64,000 nt of DNA from Hyphomicrobiales bacterium (GTDB taxonomy: Bacteria > Pseudomonadota > Alphaproteobacteria > Rhizobiales > TMED25), in contig JAQWOP010000003.1 in assembly GCA_029245795.1 (NCBI GenBank), positions 24,633 to 88,632 of the forward strand, read 5' to 3'. Below the pieces are notes generated by a model. It was not told where the DNA came from and did no database searches. It saw only the letters and a program-made list of their open reading frames with translations. This document shows, piece by piece, positions 17,517-25,963 of this stretch. Position 1 is the first letter of the stretch, and every line of letters starts with the position of its first letter. Both the position numbers and the translations under genes were made by a program.

Positions 17517-17981
17517 ATGGATAATAAAAATGATTTAAGAAATGCTCTAGGTTGTTATGCCACAGGCGTTACAATAATAACAACATCTGATCAGCACCTT
17601 AAGCCAGTGGGTCTAACAATTAACTCATTTACATCACTTTCTTTAGATCCACCCCTAATAATGTGGGGAATATCAAAGAATACGCCAAGTATAGAGGCTT
17701 TCAAATATAGAAAACTATTTGCAGTCAATATATTGACAAATGAACAATCTGAGTTATTAAAAATATTTTCAACGCCATCTATTGATAAGTTTAAAGAAGT
17801 TCCATGGGAGATGAATGATAAAAAATTACCAATAATTAAAGATTGTGTGGCAAATTTTGAGTGCACTACACACTCAGTTTTTCCTGGTGGCGATCATGAT
17901 ATATTTGTTGGTAAAGTAATTGAATATTATTATAACAACAAAAAACCTTTAATCCTCTCAAGAGGAAGCCTTATTTCTTGA
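17517..17981 (+). CDS. Flavin reductase-like FMN-binding protein (HpaC/RutF family)
   Basis: 154 aa. GCYATGVTIITT, GLTINSFTSLSLDPPLIMW. No partner monooxygenase is adjacent. Confidence 0.8.
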   Translation: MDNKNDLRNALGCYATGVTIITTSDQHLKPVGLTINSFTSLSLDPPLIMWGISKNTPSIEAFKYRKLFAVNILTNEQSELLKIFSTPSIDKFKEVPWEMNDKKLPIIKDCVANFECTTHSVFPGGDHDIFVGKVIEYYYNNKKPLILSRGSLIS

Positions 17982-17983
17982 TT

Positions 17984-18946
17984 CTATGCCTTGATAGGAT
18001 ATATTGGATCCTCACCAATTAATACCCTAGCTACATCAGATGCTGCTTTGCTTTGAAGCTCTTCTAATGCCTCAACTGAATAAAATGCTGTATGAGGTGC
18101 TAGAATGACATTATCTCTTCCTAGTAGGGGTGAATCTGCTGTAAGTGGTTCTGACTCAACAACATCTAGGCCTGCACCACCAATTTCATTATTATCAAGA
18201 GCTTTAATTAAATCTGACTCATTTATTAGAGGCCCTCGGGCTGTGTTAACAATAATAGCAGTTTTTTTCATCTTTTTAAAAGCATCATAATCAACTAATC
18301 CTTTTGTTTGGGGAAGTAATGGCGCATGAACAGAGATGAAATCTGATTGTTCATAAAGCTCATCCATAGAGACACTTTTTACGCCATATTTTTCGAATAT
18401 ATCTATTGGCGCATAGGGGTCACAGGCTATAACCTCAAATCCAAACCCTTGAGCTTTTGGTACCATTAGTCTTGGTATATTTCCAAATCCAATTAGCCCT
18501 ACAACTCTTCCCCTTAATCTATGCATTGGAACGACCGCAGGCATTTCCCACCTACCAGCCTGAACCAAATTATTTGATTGAGGAATCTTTCTTGCCATTG
18601 AAATAATCATAGCCATTGCTTGATCAGAAACTTCATCTAAGCAATAATCTGGAACATAGTTTACAGCTATACCCAACTCATCAGCAACCTTTAAGTCTAT
18701 ATTATCAACTCCGATTCCAAATCTACCGATAGCTTTACATTTTTTAAGGCTTCTTAAAATATTTTCATTTAACTTTGCATAGGTAACCAATATCGCATCT
18801 GCATTTTCCGCAGCCTTAATTATATCTTCCTCTGAGTTACTATCAGCTTGAATAACCTCAGCATTAGCAATTTTAAGAGCTTCTTTTGCTGGATCAAGAG
18901 ATGGGAAGGGGCTATCAGTAACAACAACTAATGGGGTATTTTTCAT
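17984..18946 (-). CDS. D-isomer-specific 2-hydroxyacid dehydrogenase (SerA/CtBP-like)
   Basis: 320 aa. VVGLIGFGNIPRLM, IVNTARGPLINE, GGAGLDVVESEP, ILAPHTAFYS. Confidence 0.85.
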   Translation of the reverse strand: MKNTPLVVVTDSPFPSLDPAKEALKIANAEVIQADSNSEEDIIKAAENADAILVTYAKLNENILRSLKKCKAIGRFGIGVDNIDLKVADELGIAVNYVPDYCLDEVSDQAMAMIISMARKIPQSNNLVQAGRWEMPAVVPMHRLRGRVVGLIGFGNIPRLMVPKAQGFGFEVIACDPYAPIDIFEKYGVKSVSMDELYEQSDFISVHAPLLPQTKGLVDYDAFKKMKKTAIIVNTARGPLINESDLIKALDNNEIGGAGLDVVESEPLTADSPLLGRDNVILAPHTAFYSVEALEELQSKAASDVARVLIGEDPIYPIKA

Positions 18947-18958
18947 GACAATGTCTTT

Positions 18959-19948
18959 CTATTTTAGCGTTTCAGGGTTAACACAATTTGGAGGAGTTTT
19001 ACCATCAATGAGAGCTTCAATATTATCAACAACTCTTTGGGCCATTGCCTCTCTAACATCTTTACCTGCAGAGCCTAAATGAGGAGCTAGTACAACGTTT
19101 TCCATTTGGAATAGTTCTTTTTCGATTTGAGGTTCATTCTCATAAACATCTAGTCCAGCACCTGCAATCTCTTTATTTTGGAGTGCTCTAACCATAGCTT
19201 TTTCATCTATAATTGGACCACGTGCTGAATTAACTATATATGCTGATTTTTTCATCAGTTTAAACTCTCTATCAGAGATTAAGTGTTTGGTTTCAGGTCT
19301 TTCAGCTGCGTGAACAGATACAAAGTCAGATTGCTTGAATAATTCATCAAATTCTACAAATTCAAAACCATACTCTTTTTCATCCTCAGGTGTCATTTTA
19401 TTTGGCCCCCAGTATAATACTTTCATATTAAAACCCTTACCACGTAAACCTGTTGCTTTTCCAATTCTACCTCTTCCACCAACTAGGCCAAGGGTTTTTC
19501 CTGAGACGTCACCTCCAAGAAATAATGCTGACTGAGCTCCAGGATATCCTCCAGCTCTGACAAATTTATCAGCTTCAATAATTCTTCTAGCTACACATAA
19601 TAACAAACCAAATGCTATATCTGCAGTGGCATCAGTAACAACAGCTGGAATTACAGTGACCGGCATTCCTATTTCAGTTGCTCCTTTCACATCTATCCTA
19701 TCAGGAGTGATTGATTGTGATGCAACCGCTTTTAAATTAGGGTTTGATTGCATTATTTTTTTGTCAACTACATCATGCAATAGACAGTAAAGAATATCAC
19801 AATCTTTTACTTCTTCTAGTAGCATTTCATAGGGCAATATTTTTGTGGCATCTGGGTTGATCTTTATTTCAACATCTCCCCTTTTTTCTAATCGGTCTAA
19901 TGCACTTTGCGCAATTGGTTGTGTTATATAAATTTTAGTTTTTGTCAT
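18959..19948 (-). CDS. D-isomer-specific 2-hydroxyacid dehydrogenase (glyoxylate/hydroxypyruvate reductase GhrB-like)
   Basis: 329 aa. LGLVGGRGRIGKA, IVNSARGPIIDE, AGAGLDVYENEP, VLAPHLGSAG. Confidence 0.85.
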   Translation of the reverse strand: MTKTKIYITQPIAQSALDRLEKRGDVEIKINPDATKILPYEMLLEEVKDCDILYCLLHDVVDKKIMQSNPNLKAVASQSITPDRIDVKGATEIGMPVTVIPAVVTDATADIAFGLLLCVARRIIEADKFVRAGGYPGAQSALFLGGDVSGKTLGLVGGRGRIGKATGLRGKGFNMKVLYWGPNKMTPEDEKEYGFEFVEFDELFKQSDFVSVHAAERPETKHLISDREFKLMKKSAYIVNSARGPIIDEKAMVRALQNKEIAGAGLDVYENEPQIEKELFQMENVVLAPHLGSAGKDVREAMAQRVVDNIEALIDGKTPPNCVNPETLK

Positions 19949-19969
19949 CTCGTAATCCTTTTCTTTATT

Positions 19970-21214
19970 TTATTTTATCTCTATTAATCTCTCATCAAAA
20001 GGTGTTCTTGACATAATATGTGGTCCATCTTCAGTTACTAAAACCTGTTCTTCCAATCTAACACCCGCTCCACCCCTTACACCATCAATCCAAATTAATG
20101 GCTCTACAGCAAATACCATACCCGGCTGAAATTCATATTCAGGTGCTCCAGGAAGAGTTTCTCCTATGTATGGTGGTTCATTTGCACCAATTCCAACACC
20201 ATGGCCAATAAATAGAGATAAGAAACTTCCACCAAGACCATATTTAGAGGCTTCTTTTATAAGCGCATTGGCTGCATCTTTATTAGTTTTTCCAGGCCTC
20301 ATTTCATGAATTCCAGCTTTTAGTCCGTAATATACTGCACTATATACATTAATTTGTTCTTTTGATGGGAATGATGCTTGAGTTCCACAGTAAACGGTTC
20401 TAGCCATATCACCAAAATAGCCATTCCAAGCAGCTCCGATATCAATAAAGACAAGATCACCATCTCTAATTATCTTATCGGAACAAATTCGGTTAGGTGG
20501 AGCCATATGCTCACCAGACGCAACAAATGGTGTTGTTACATGCGAATATTCTCCACCAAGAGTATATAGGGTATGCATAGCATTAGCGGCTACATCACAC
20601 TCTCTTACACCTTCTTGAACTGAATTAATTGCTGTTGCACAGACTGCGTCAGCAATTGCTGTTGCTTCTTCAAGTAGTGCAATTTCACCAGGTAATTTTA
20701 TCATCCTAGCTTTTTGCATTGGAGTGTCCCCATCCTCTATTGAGAGATTAGGATATAATTCTTTAAGGGTGTGGTGAAAAATAATATTCGATTCATCAAG
20801 ACCTAGTCTACCTTTATCTATTTTATATTTTTGAAGTACAGGTCCAAGAATATCTTTTACAAGACCATGTATTAATGCTTTTTCTTCTATTATAGGGATA
20901 GTATGAACTTCTTTAATCCAAGGCATAGTTCTATCAACTCTGTCTCTTTCCCCTCCTGAGCAAAATAATATTGGATCTTCATTTTCAATCAATAAGGCAC
21001 CATTGAGACATGTTGACTTGCCATGGATAATCTGAGGTCTTAGATCTGTTAAATATCTTTGATTTTCATCTTTCCAAACTAAGATAGCATCTAATCCTGA
21101 CTTCTTTAATTCAGCCTTTGCTTTTTCTATTCTTTGTTTTCTTAAATCGGATGGGGAAACCCTAGCTTCATAGCTAACATTATATCCCCCACGAGCATAG
21201 TAATCTATTTTCAT
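19970..21214 (-). CDS. M24-family metallohydrolase with creatinase/prolidase N-terminal domain
   Basis: 414 aa. The canonical pita-bread metal ligands are all present: FIDIGAAWNGYFGDMARTV (D,D), GHGVGIG (H), FAVEP (E), RLEEQV (E). AAGGA Shine-Dalgarno sequence. The substrate cannot be inferred. Confidence 0.8.
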   Translation of the reverse strand: MKIDYYARGGYNVSYEARVSPSDLRKQRIEKAKAELKKSGLDAILVWKDENQRYLTDLRPQIIHGKSTCLNGALLIENEDPILFCSGGERDRVDRTMPWIKEVHTIPIIEEKALIHGLVKDILGPVLQKYKIDKGRLGLDESNIIFHHTLKELYPNLSIEDGDTPMQKARMIKLPGEIALLEEATAIADAVCATAINSVQEGVRECDVAANAMHTLYTLGGEYSHVTTPFVASGEHMAPPNRICSDKIIRDGDLVFIDIGAAWNGYFGDMARTVYCGTQASFPSKEQINVYSAVYYGLKAGIHEMRPGKTNKDAANALIKEASKYGLGGSFLSLFIGHGVGIGANEPPYIGETLPGAPEYEFQPGMVFAVEPLIWIDGVRGGAGVRLEEQVLVTEDGPHIMSRTPFDERLIEIK

Positions 21215-21228
21215 CTAATATCCTTCAT

Positions 21229-22461
21229 TTATGATAAAGTTTGTTCGGCTATAGTTCTGAACTCATCATCATTCATAAGTCTCTTATGCTTAAGTCCCCA
21301 ATCTTTAATTGCCATAAGAATATCCATAGCTTGTTTATCATCAGCTTTGATTTGGAATCTATTCAATCTATCCTTTATTGAGTCGATACCGGAGCCTTTT
21401 CCAATTACTATTTCAGGTTCTTTTTGGCCAACCATACTTGGTCTAAATGGGAATAATTCAGTTTGATTTTCATAACCACAATTAAGCAACCAGTTTGCAA
21501 TGATACCTGATTCAACATTAAACAAATCATCCCCAACAATTGGTCTATTTGATGGAACATTAACGCCTGATAGATCTCTTACTAAATCAGCAATACCCTT
21601 TAAATTTTCAGTTTTAATCCCAATGTCTTTATTATAGAGAGTTTTAAGTGCCATAACAGTTTCTTCTGTAGGTACATTACCTGCTCTTTCGCCAAGCCCA
21701 AGAACAGTTGAGTGAATTACTTCTACGCCCATCGATACAGCCATCAAAGTATTTGCAACACCCAAACCGAAATCCTGATGGAAATGCGCTTCAAGTGGAA
21801 CTTTAATTCTTTGTTTAATGGCGTTTACGAAATATGGCATAGCATGAATTGAAGTTGCGCCCATAGTATCTACTAGAGCAAGTGAGTCCATATGCCCTTC
21901 ATTTCCAACTTTTTCAATTAAGTCTATAACCCATTTTAAATCTGATCTAGAAAAATCAATTGGAAAGAATACAACTTTTAGACCTTGCTCATGCGCGTAT
22001 TTTGTTGATTCTATTGATAAATCAATAGCACGCTCTAATTCCCAACGATATCCAAGTTCAATTAAATGTTGGCTTGCGGGTACTTCCATAACAACCCCTG
22101 AAACCCCTGAATCTACTGCGCGTTTAACATCATCAACCATACATCTTGCAAAAGAGAATATTTCAGGACCAAGATTTCTTTTTGCCAAATCTGATACAAC
22201 TTTTGCATCCTGATGTGATACAACAGGCATGCCGGCTTCTATTCTATGTATGCCAGCTTCAGCTAAAGCCTCAGCAATTCTTATTTTATCATCGTAATTA
22301 AAAGCAACTCCAGTTTGTTGTTCTCCATCTCTTAATGTTACATCGTGAATTTTTATTTTTTCAGGAAAATTGATTTCTTTTGTAACTTCTGGCGCAAAGT
22401 TCCATTGGCTTGTAAGCCATTGGTCTGATTTCCAAGGTGTATTTGACATGATCTCTCCCAT
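21229..22461 (-). CDS. DRE-TIM metallolyase superfamily enzyme (LeuA/NifV/CimA/HMGL-like 2-oxoacid Claisen condensing or cleaving enzyme)
   Basis: 410 aa. HDVTLRDGEQQTGV, EAHFHQDFGLGVANTL, GLGERAGNVPTEE. The alternative start ATG 22449 (MSNTPW) is preceded by GGGAGAG and may be the real one. Confidence 0.8.
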   Translation of the reverse strand: MGEIMSNTPWKSDQWLTSQWNFAPEVTKEINFPEKIKIHDVTLRDGEQQTGVAFNYDDKIRIAEALAEAGIHRIEAGMPVVSHQDAKVVSDLAKRNLGPEIFSFARCMVDDVKRAVDSGVSGVVMEVPASQHLIELGYRWELERAIDLSIESTKYAHEQGLKVVFFPIDFSRSDLKWVIDLIEKVGNEGHMDSLALVDTMGATSIHAMPYFVNAIKQRIKVPLEAHFHQDFGLGVANTLMAVSMGVEVIHSTVLGLGERAGNVPTEETVMALKTLYNKDIGIKTENLKGIADLVRDLSGVNVPSNRPIVGDDLFNVESGIIANWLLNCGYENQTELFPFRPSMVGQKEPEIVIGKGSGIDSIKDRLNRFQIKADDKQAMDILMAIKDWGLKHKRLMNDDEFRTIAEQTLS

Positions 22462-22469
22462 AATAAATA

Positions 22470-22499
22470 GATTGATTATTTTTTATATATAAATCAATC
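22470..22499. promoter_or_regulatory. Inverted repeat GATTGATT-N14-AATCAATC just upstream of the DRE-TIM/M24/2HADH operon
   Basis: Arms at 22470..22477 and 22492..22499 are perfect complements. The repeat lies 9 nt upstream of ATG 22461 on the minus strand. Low-complexity AT-rich context. Confidence 0.3.
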
Positions 22500-22565
22500 A
22501 AAATTGAACTAATGACTACTTATATATATTTTTCGATTAATTTTGAAGAAAAAAATGTCAAATAT

Positions 22566-23960
22566 TTAGAATAGTTTTGTTTTGGTTGCAATATTATAGT
22601 TTGGATCTATGAAAAGAGCTTTCTCGTGGAGTTCATTGCTTTCTTTTATCTTTCCCAGCATAAGTTTAATGTCACCAAGAATTGCATAGCCATTTGGAGA
22701 TTTAGGAGAGCTTTCTATTAGTTTGTAAGCATATTTTTCAGCTTCAGAATAAAGCCCTTCCTCAGACAAAGATCTTATTTGCCACATAAGTACTCTTTTG
22801 TTATTTGGATGTATTTTTAATTCTTGATCCATATGATCAATTGATAAATTAATTTTTCCTTGTTCATAAAATACTTTACCAAGAAGAAAGTTGATTTCAT
22901 TTTCTTCAAGTTCTTTATTCATTGAAATTGCAATAAGCAGGTCCTGCTCAGATTCTGGATATTTTTTTAGAATTGAATATACTTGACCTCTTTCAAAGTA
23001 CAGAAGTGGATTTGATGGATCATATTTTATAGCTTTGTTATAGTGACTTATAGAGGAAAGATAATCTTGTGATTTAATATAATTTCTTGCCTTATATTGC
23101 AAATTAGAGGCTTGAATATCAAGTATATTTTCCATTAAAATTGATACTTTTTTATTTTTTGGATCAATTTTTTTAATTTGAGATAAGTTATATTTTGCTA
23201 AATCAAATTTCTCTTCAAGGGTCAGTAATTTTATTTTTTCTACGATATATACGGTATTATTTCTATCTCTCATAAGTGCTTTATTTATATCACTTAATGC
23301 ATTTTGATTATCATTATTATGTCTTGATATTTGATAATTCAAATAATAAGAATATGAGTAGTCAGGGTCATTCTCAATAATGTTATTTATAATATCGCGG
23401 GCCTTCTTATAATTTTTTAACACGATTAGATTTTCTGCTAATTGGGTCATGCTAATTTTATCGTTTAAATCTTTATACATAAGTCCTGTTAGAATTAGAT
23501 TTGATAGATTGGTTTGACCTGATTTAAATAACCCTCTAGCATATAGTCTTTGAGTATCTGATCCATCAAGTCCACCATCAATAGCTTTTTTTAGATAATT
23601 TGCCGCTTTATCATAATCACTCAATTTTAAATTAATGATCCCAGCTAAATAAAAAGCCTCAATAGAATAGTCTTTATTCATTTTTATTAGTCTATCAATG
23701 TTATTAAATGCAGACATTGTATTACCAAGTGAAAAATGTGAATTTGCAAGGTAATATAGTGCTAGAGATGTTTTTTGTTCATCATATTCTAGATTTAATA
23801 TTTTTGTACAATGAGGAATAGCTGGTGCATGCAAACCTATTTTACTAAATTTTACACACTTCTCTAAATTTTCTTCATTTGCGTTTGAATTTTGAATTGA
23901 AAAAACAAAAATTGAGATAATTACTAGTAAGGAATTTATAACTTTTAAAGATTTAATCAT
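22566..23960 (-). CDS. Secreted/periplasmic tetratricopeptide-repeat (TPR) protein
   Basis: Signal-peptide-like MIKSLKVINSLLVIISIFVFSIQNSNA/NE when started at ATG 23960 (the track start 23999 adds 13 aa). The rest is repetitive TPR-like (A/Y/L periodicity, e.g. YYLANSHFSLGN, AFYLAGIINLKLSDYDKA). Confidence 0.7.
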   Translation of the reverse strand: MIKSLKVINSLLVIISIFVFSIQNSNANEENLEKCVKFSKIGLHAPAIPHCTKILNLEYDEQKTSLALYYLANSHFSLGNTMSAFNNIDRLIKMNKDYSIEAFYLAGIINLKLSDYDKAANYLKKAIDGGLDGSDTQRLYARGLFKSGQTNLSNLILTGLMYKDLNDKISMTQLAENLIVLKNYKKARDIINNIIENDPDYSYSYYLNYQISRHNNDNQNALSDINKALMRDRNNTVYIVEKIKLLTLEEKFDLAKYNLSQIKKIDPKNKKVSILMENILDIQASNLQYKARNYIKSQDYLSSISHYNKAIKYDPSNPLLYFERGQVYSILKKYPESEQDLLIAISMNKELEENEINFLLGKVFYEQGKINLSIDHMDQELKIHPNNKRVLMWQIRSLSEEGLYSEAEKYAYKLIESSPKSPNGYAILGDIKLMLGKIKESNELHEKALFIDPNYNIATKTKLF

Positions 23961-24053
23961 AATTTGGAATATCTTTTCTATTTTTTTTATAAATATCATG
24001 CATTATAGTGCAGTTGAGATTTATTTGAAGTGAAAATAATATTGTACTCAATT

Positions 24054-24923
24054 TCAATTTTTATTAATAAAATTTACTAATTTCTCAATTTCAATTAAGT
24101 ATATTGGACTATTCATAAGGGTGTATTGCATTAATGGGATTATTTGATAGAGATATATTTTATAATTCCAAAATTCCTTGCTGATAGGGTTGTAATAATT
24201 ATATCTTTCATAAAATCCTTTAGCAAATGTTCCATTTAGATATATGTATGCAAGTTCGTATTCGGGATCTGAATAAAATATTGCAGGGTCAATAATCTTA
24301 CAAACCTGATTTCCTTTAATTAAAATATTTTCTAACCATATGTCTCCATGGATTAGTCCAGGTTGATTTGGCTCTAATAAACGATCCTTAATACAATCTC
24401 TAAAGGATAGTAACTTATGCAATAATGCTGATGATAAGTAATTTTGTTTCCTAATTTTATTTAAGTAAAAATCATATCTCTGATTTAAAAAAAAATCACA
24501 CCAACTTTTGTTAAGTTTATTATTTTGTAATACATTACCAAGGTATGTATCAAAATTGTATCCAAAAAAGGTGCTAGTATGCAAGTGAAGATCGGCCAAC
24601 TTTTTAGCTATTAGTTCGTAATGATTTATTGTAATTTCAGTTTTATTATTTTCAATATATTCTATTAAACATATGTTTTTATCACAATAATATACTTCAA
24701 CAGAAAAAAGGGGATGAGGTTTCAAGTGATAATAAATATCACGTTGAATAGATAATTTGTCATCTTTTTTATTTTGACTCTTTAAAATGTATTTTCTTTT
24801 GTTAGTTTCTAAGTGGTATGTATTTATGTTATATCTATTGGTAATTAGTTTTAAATTAACAACAATCTCATCGTTACTTATTATTTTCTTATCAAATAAA
24901 ATATCAGTTAATTTTTTTACCAT
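24054..24923 (-). CDS. Fructosamine/ketosamine-kinase-family protein (APH-like kinase fold)
   Basis: 289 aa. GLIHGDIWLENILI and IIDPAIFYSDPEYELAY match the Brenner/DxD regions of the family. Its ATG directly abuts the upstream stop (TAAATG). Confidence 0.7.
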   Translation of the reverse strand: MVKKLTDILFDKKIISNDEIVVNLKLITNRYNINTYHLETNKRKYILKSQNKKDDKLSIQRDIYYHLKPHPLFSVEVYYCDKNICLIEYIENNKTEITINHYELIAKKLADLHLHTSTFFGYNFDTYLGNVLQNNKLNKSWCDFFLNQRYDFYLNKIRKQNYLSSALLHKLLSFRDCIKDRLLEPNQPGLIHGDIWLENILIKGNQVCKIIDPAIFYSDPEYELAYIYLNGTFAKGFYERYNYYNPISKEFWNYKIYLYQIIPLMQYTLMNSPIYLIEIEKLVNFINKN

Positions 24924-25919
24924 TTAGCCCCATAATATTTTTTTTGCTATTAACATTCTTCCTGATTCATAAGAAATTCCGTTATTTCGATCTTCGGCCA
25001 AAAATAATGGTGCATCAAGATCAACATAATTAGAATAAGTTGCAAGGATTTGTGCTGGAGCTATACCGAGAGATGTGCACATCATACATCCAGTCATGAT
25101 CAATAAATCATTCTCTTTTGCATAATGGCACATATTTAAAGCGTCACTTAGACCTCCTGCCTTGTCTAACTTTATATTAATAGCGCCATAATAATTATTT
25201 ATACCTAAAATATCAGATATATTCTTACAAGATTCATCTGCGCAAAAAATGATTTTACTTTTAATTTTTCCAAGTAGTTTATCAAATTCGGGTTTCATTG
25301 GTTGCTCAATCATCTCAATTTTAAGATTTTCACAAATTGAGATATAGTTCATTAGGTTTTCTGGAGAGATCGCTTCATTTGCATCAACTATGATATTTTT
25401 TTTTGGATAAGCTTCTCTTATCTTAGTGAGTTTTTTAAAATCACTTAATATTCCTTTAAGTTTGATTTTGAATGTTTTATATTCTTTGAATTTATTAGCT
25501 TTAGTAAGCATCTTTTCAAGAGATGAAATATCAATAGTAGCCATGGTCTTTATGGAATCTGGTTTTTCTATTTTTAGGTATTCCCAAATTGACTTATTTA
25601 TTTTTTTTAATTTATAATCCCATATTGCATTATCTACTGCTGATCTAGCGGGGCTCGGATCGAATTGTTCTAATAATTTAATATTATCACAATCAAACTT
25701 ATTATTAAGTAGCTTAGCTATTTCTTTTATCTTTTGAGTTTCACCGGATATAGATTGATTATATCTTTTATTAGGCGTGCACTCTCCATAGCCTGAAATT
25801 ATTCCATCAGAAATAGTTACTTTAAGAACCTTAATTATATTTCTTTTACTTCTTGATATTGTAAAACTATCACTCAGAAGAAATTTTTCAGGTTTACAGC
25901 TGATATCTAATTTATGCAT
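24924..25919 (-). CDS. Enolase-superfamily dipeptide (L-Ala-D/L-Glu) epimerase-like protein
   Basis: 331 aa. FKIKLKG, IIVDANEA, MIEQP, FCADES, INIKLDKAGG (MR/MLE subgroup metal and acid-base residues). Confidence 0.75.
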   Translation of the reverse strand: MHKLDISCKPEKFLLSDSFTISRSKRNIIKVLKVTISDGIISGYGECTPNKRYNQSISGETQKIKEIAKLLNNKFDCDNIKLLEQFDPSPARSAVDNAIWDYKLKKINKSIWEYLKIEKPDSIKTMATIDISSLEKMLTKANKFKEYKTFKIKLKGILSDFKKLTKIREAYPKKNIIVDANEAISPENLMNYISICENLKIEMIEQPMKPEFDKLLGKIKSKIIFCADESCKNISDILGINNYYGAINIKLDKAGGLSDALNMCHYAKENDLLIMTGCMMCTSLGIAPAQILATYSNYVDLDAPLFLAEDRNNGISYESGRMLIAKKILWG

Positions 25920-25963
25920 GAATTTAGATCAGTTTTTTGAATTAGTGAGGTAAGTTTTTTTTG

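Noticed and set aside
19970-21214. M24 hydrolase as DddP (DMSP lyase), DoeA/EutD (ectoine hydrolase) or creatinase
   Set aside because: The fold and metal ligands are shared by all of these families, so the ligands do not discriminate. The partner genes of each pathway (doeB-D/eutABC, acrylate/3-HP genes, sarcosine oxidase) are absent from the neighbourhood. It is left as a generic M24 enzyme.
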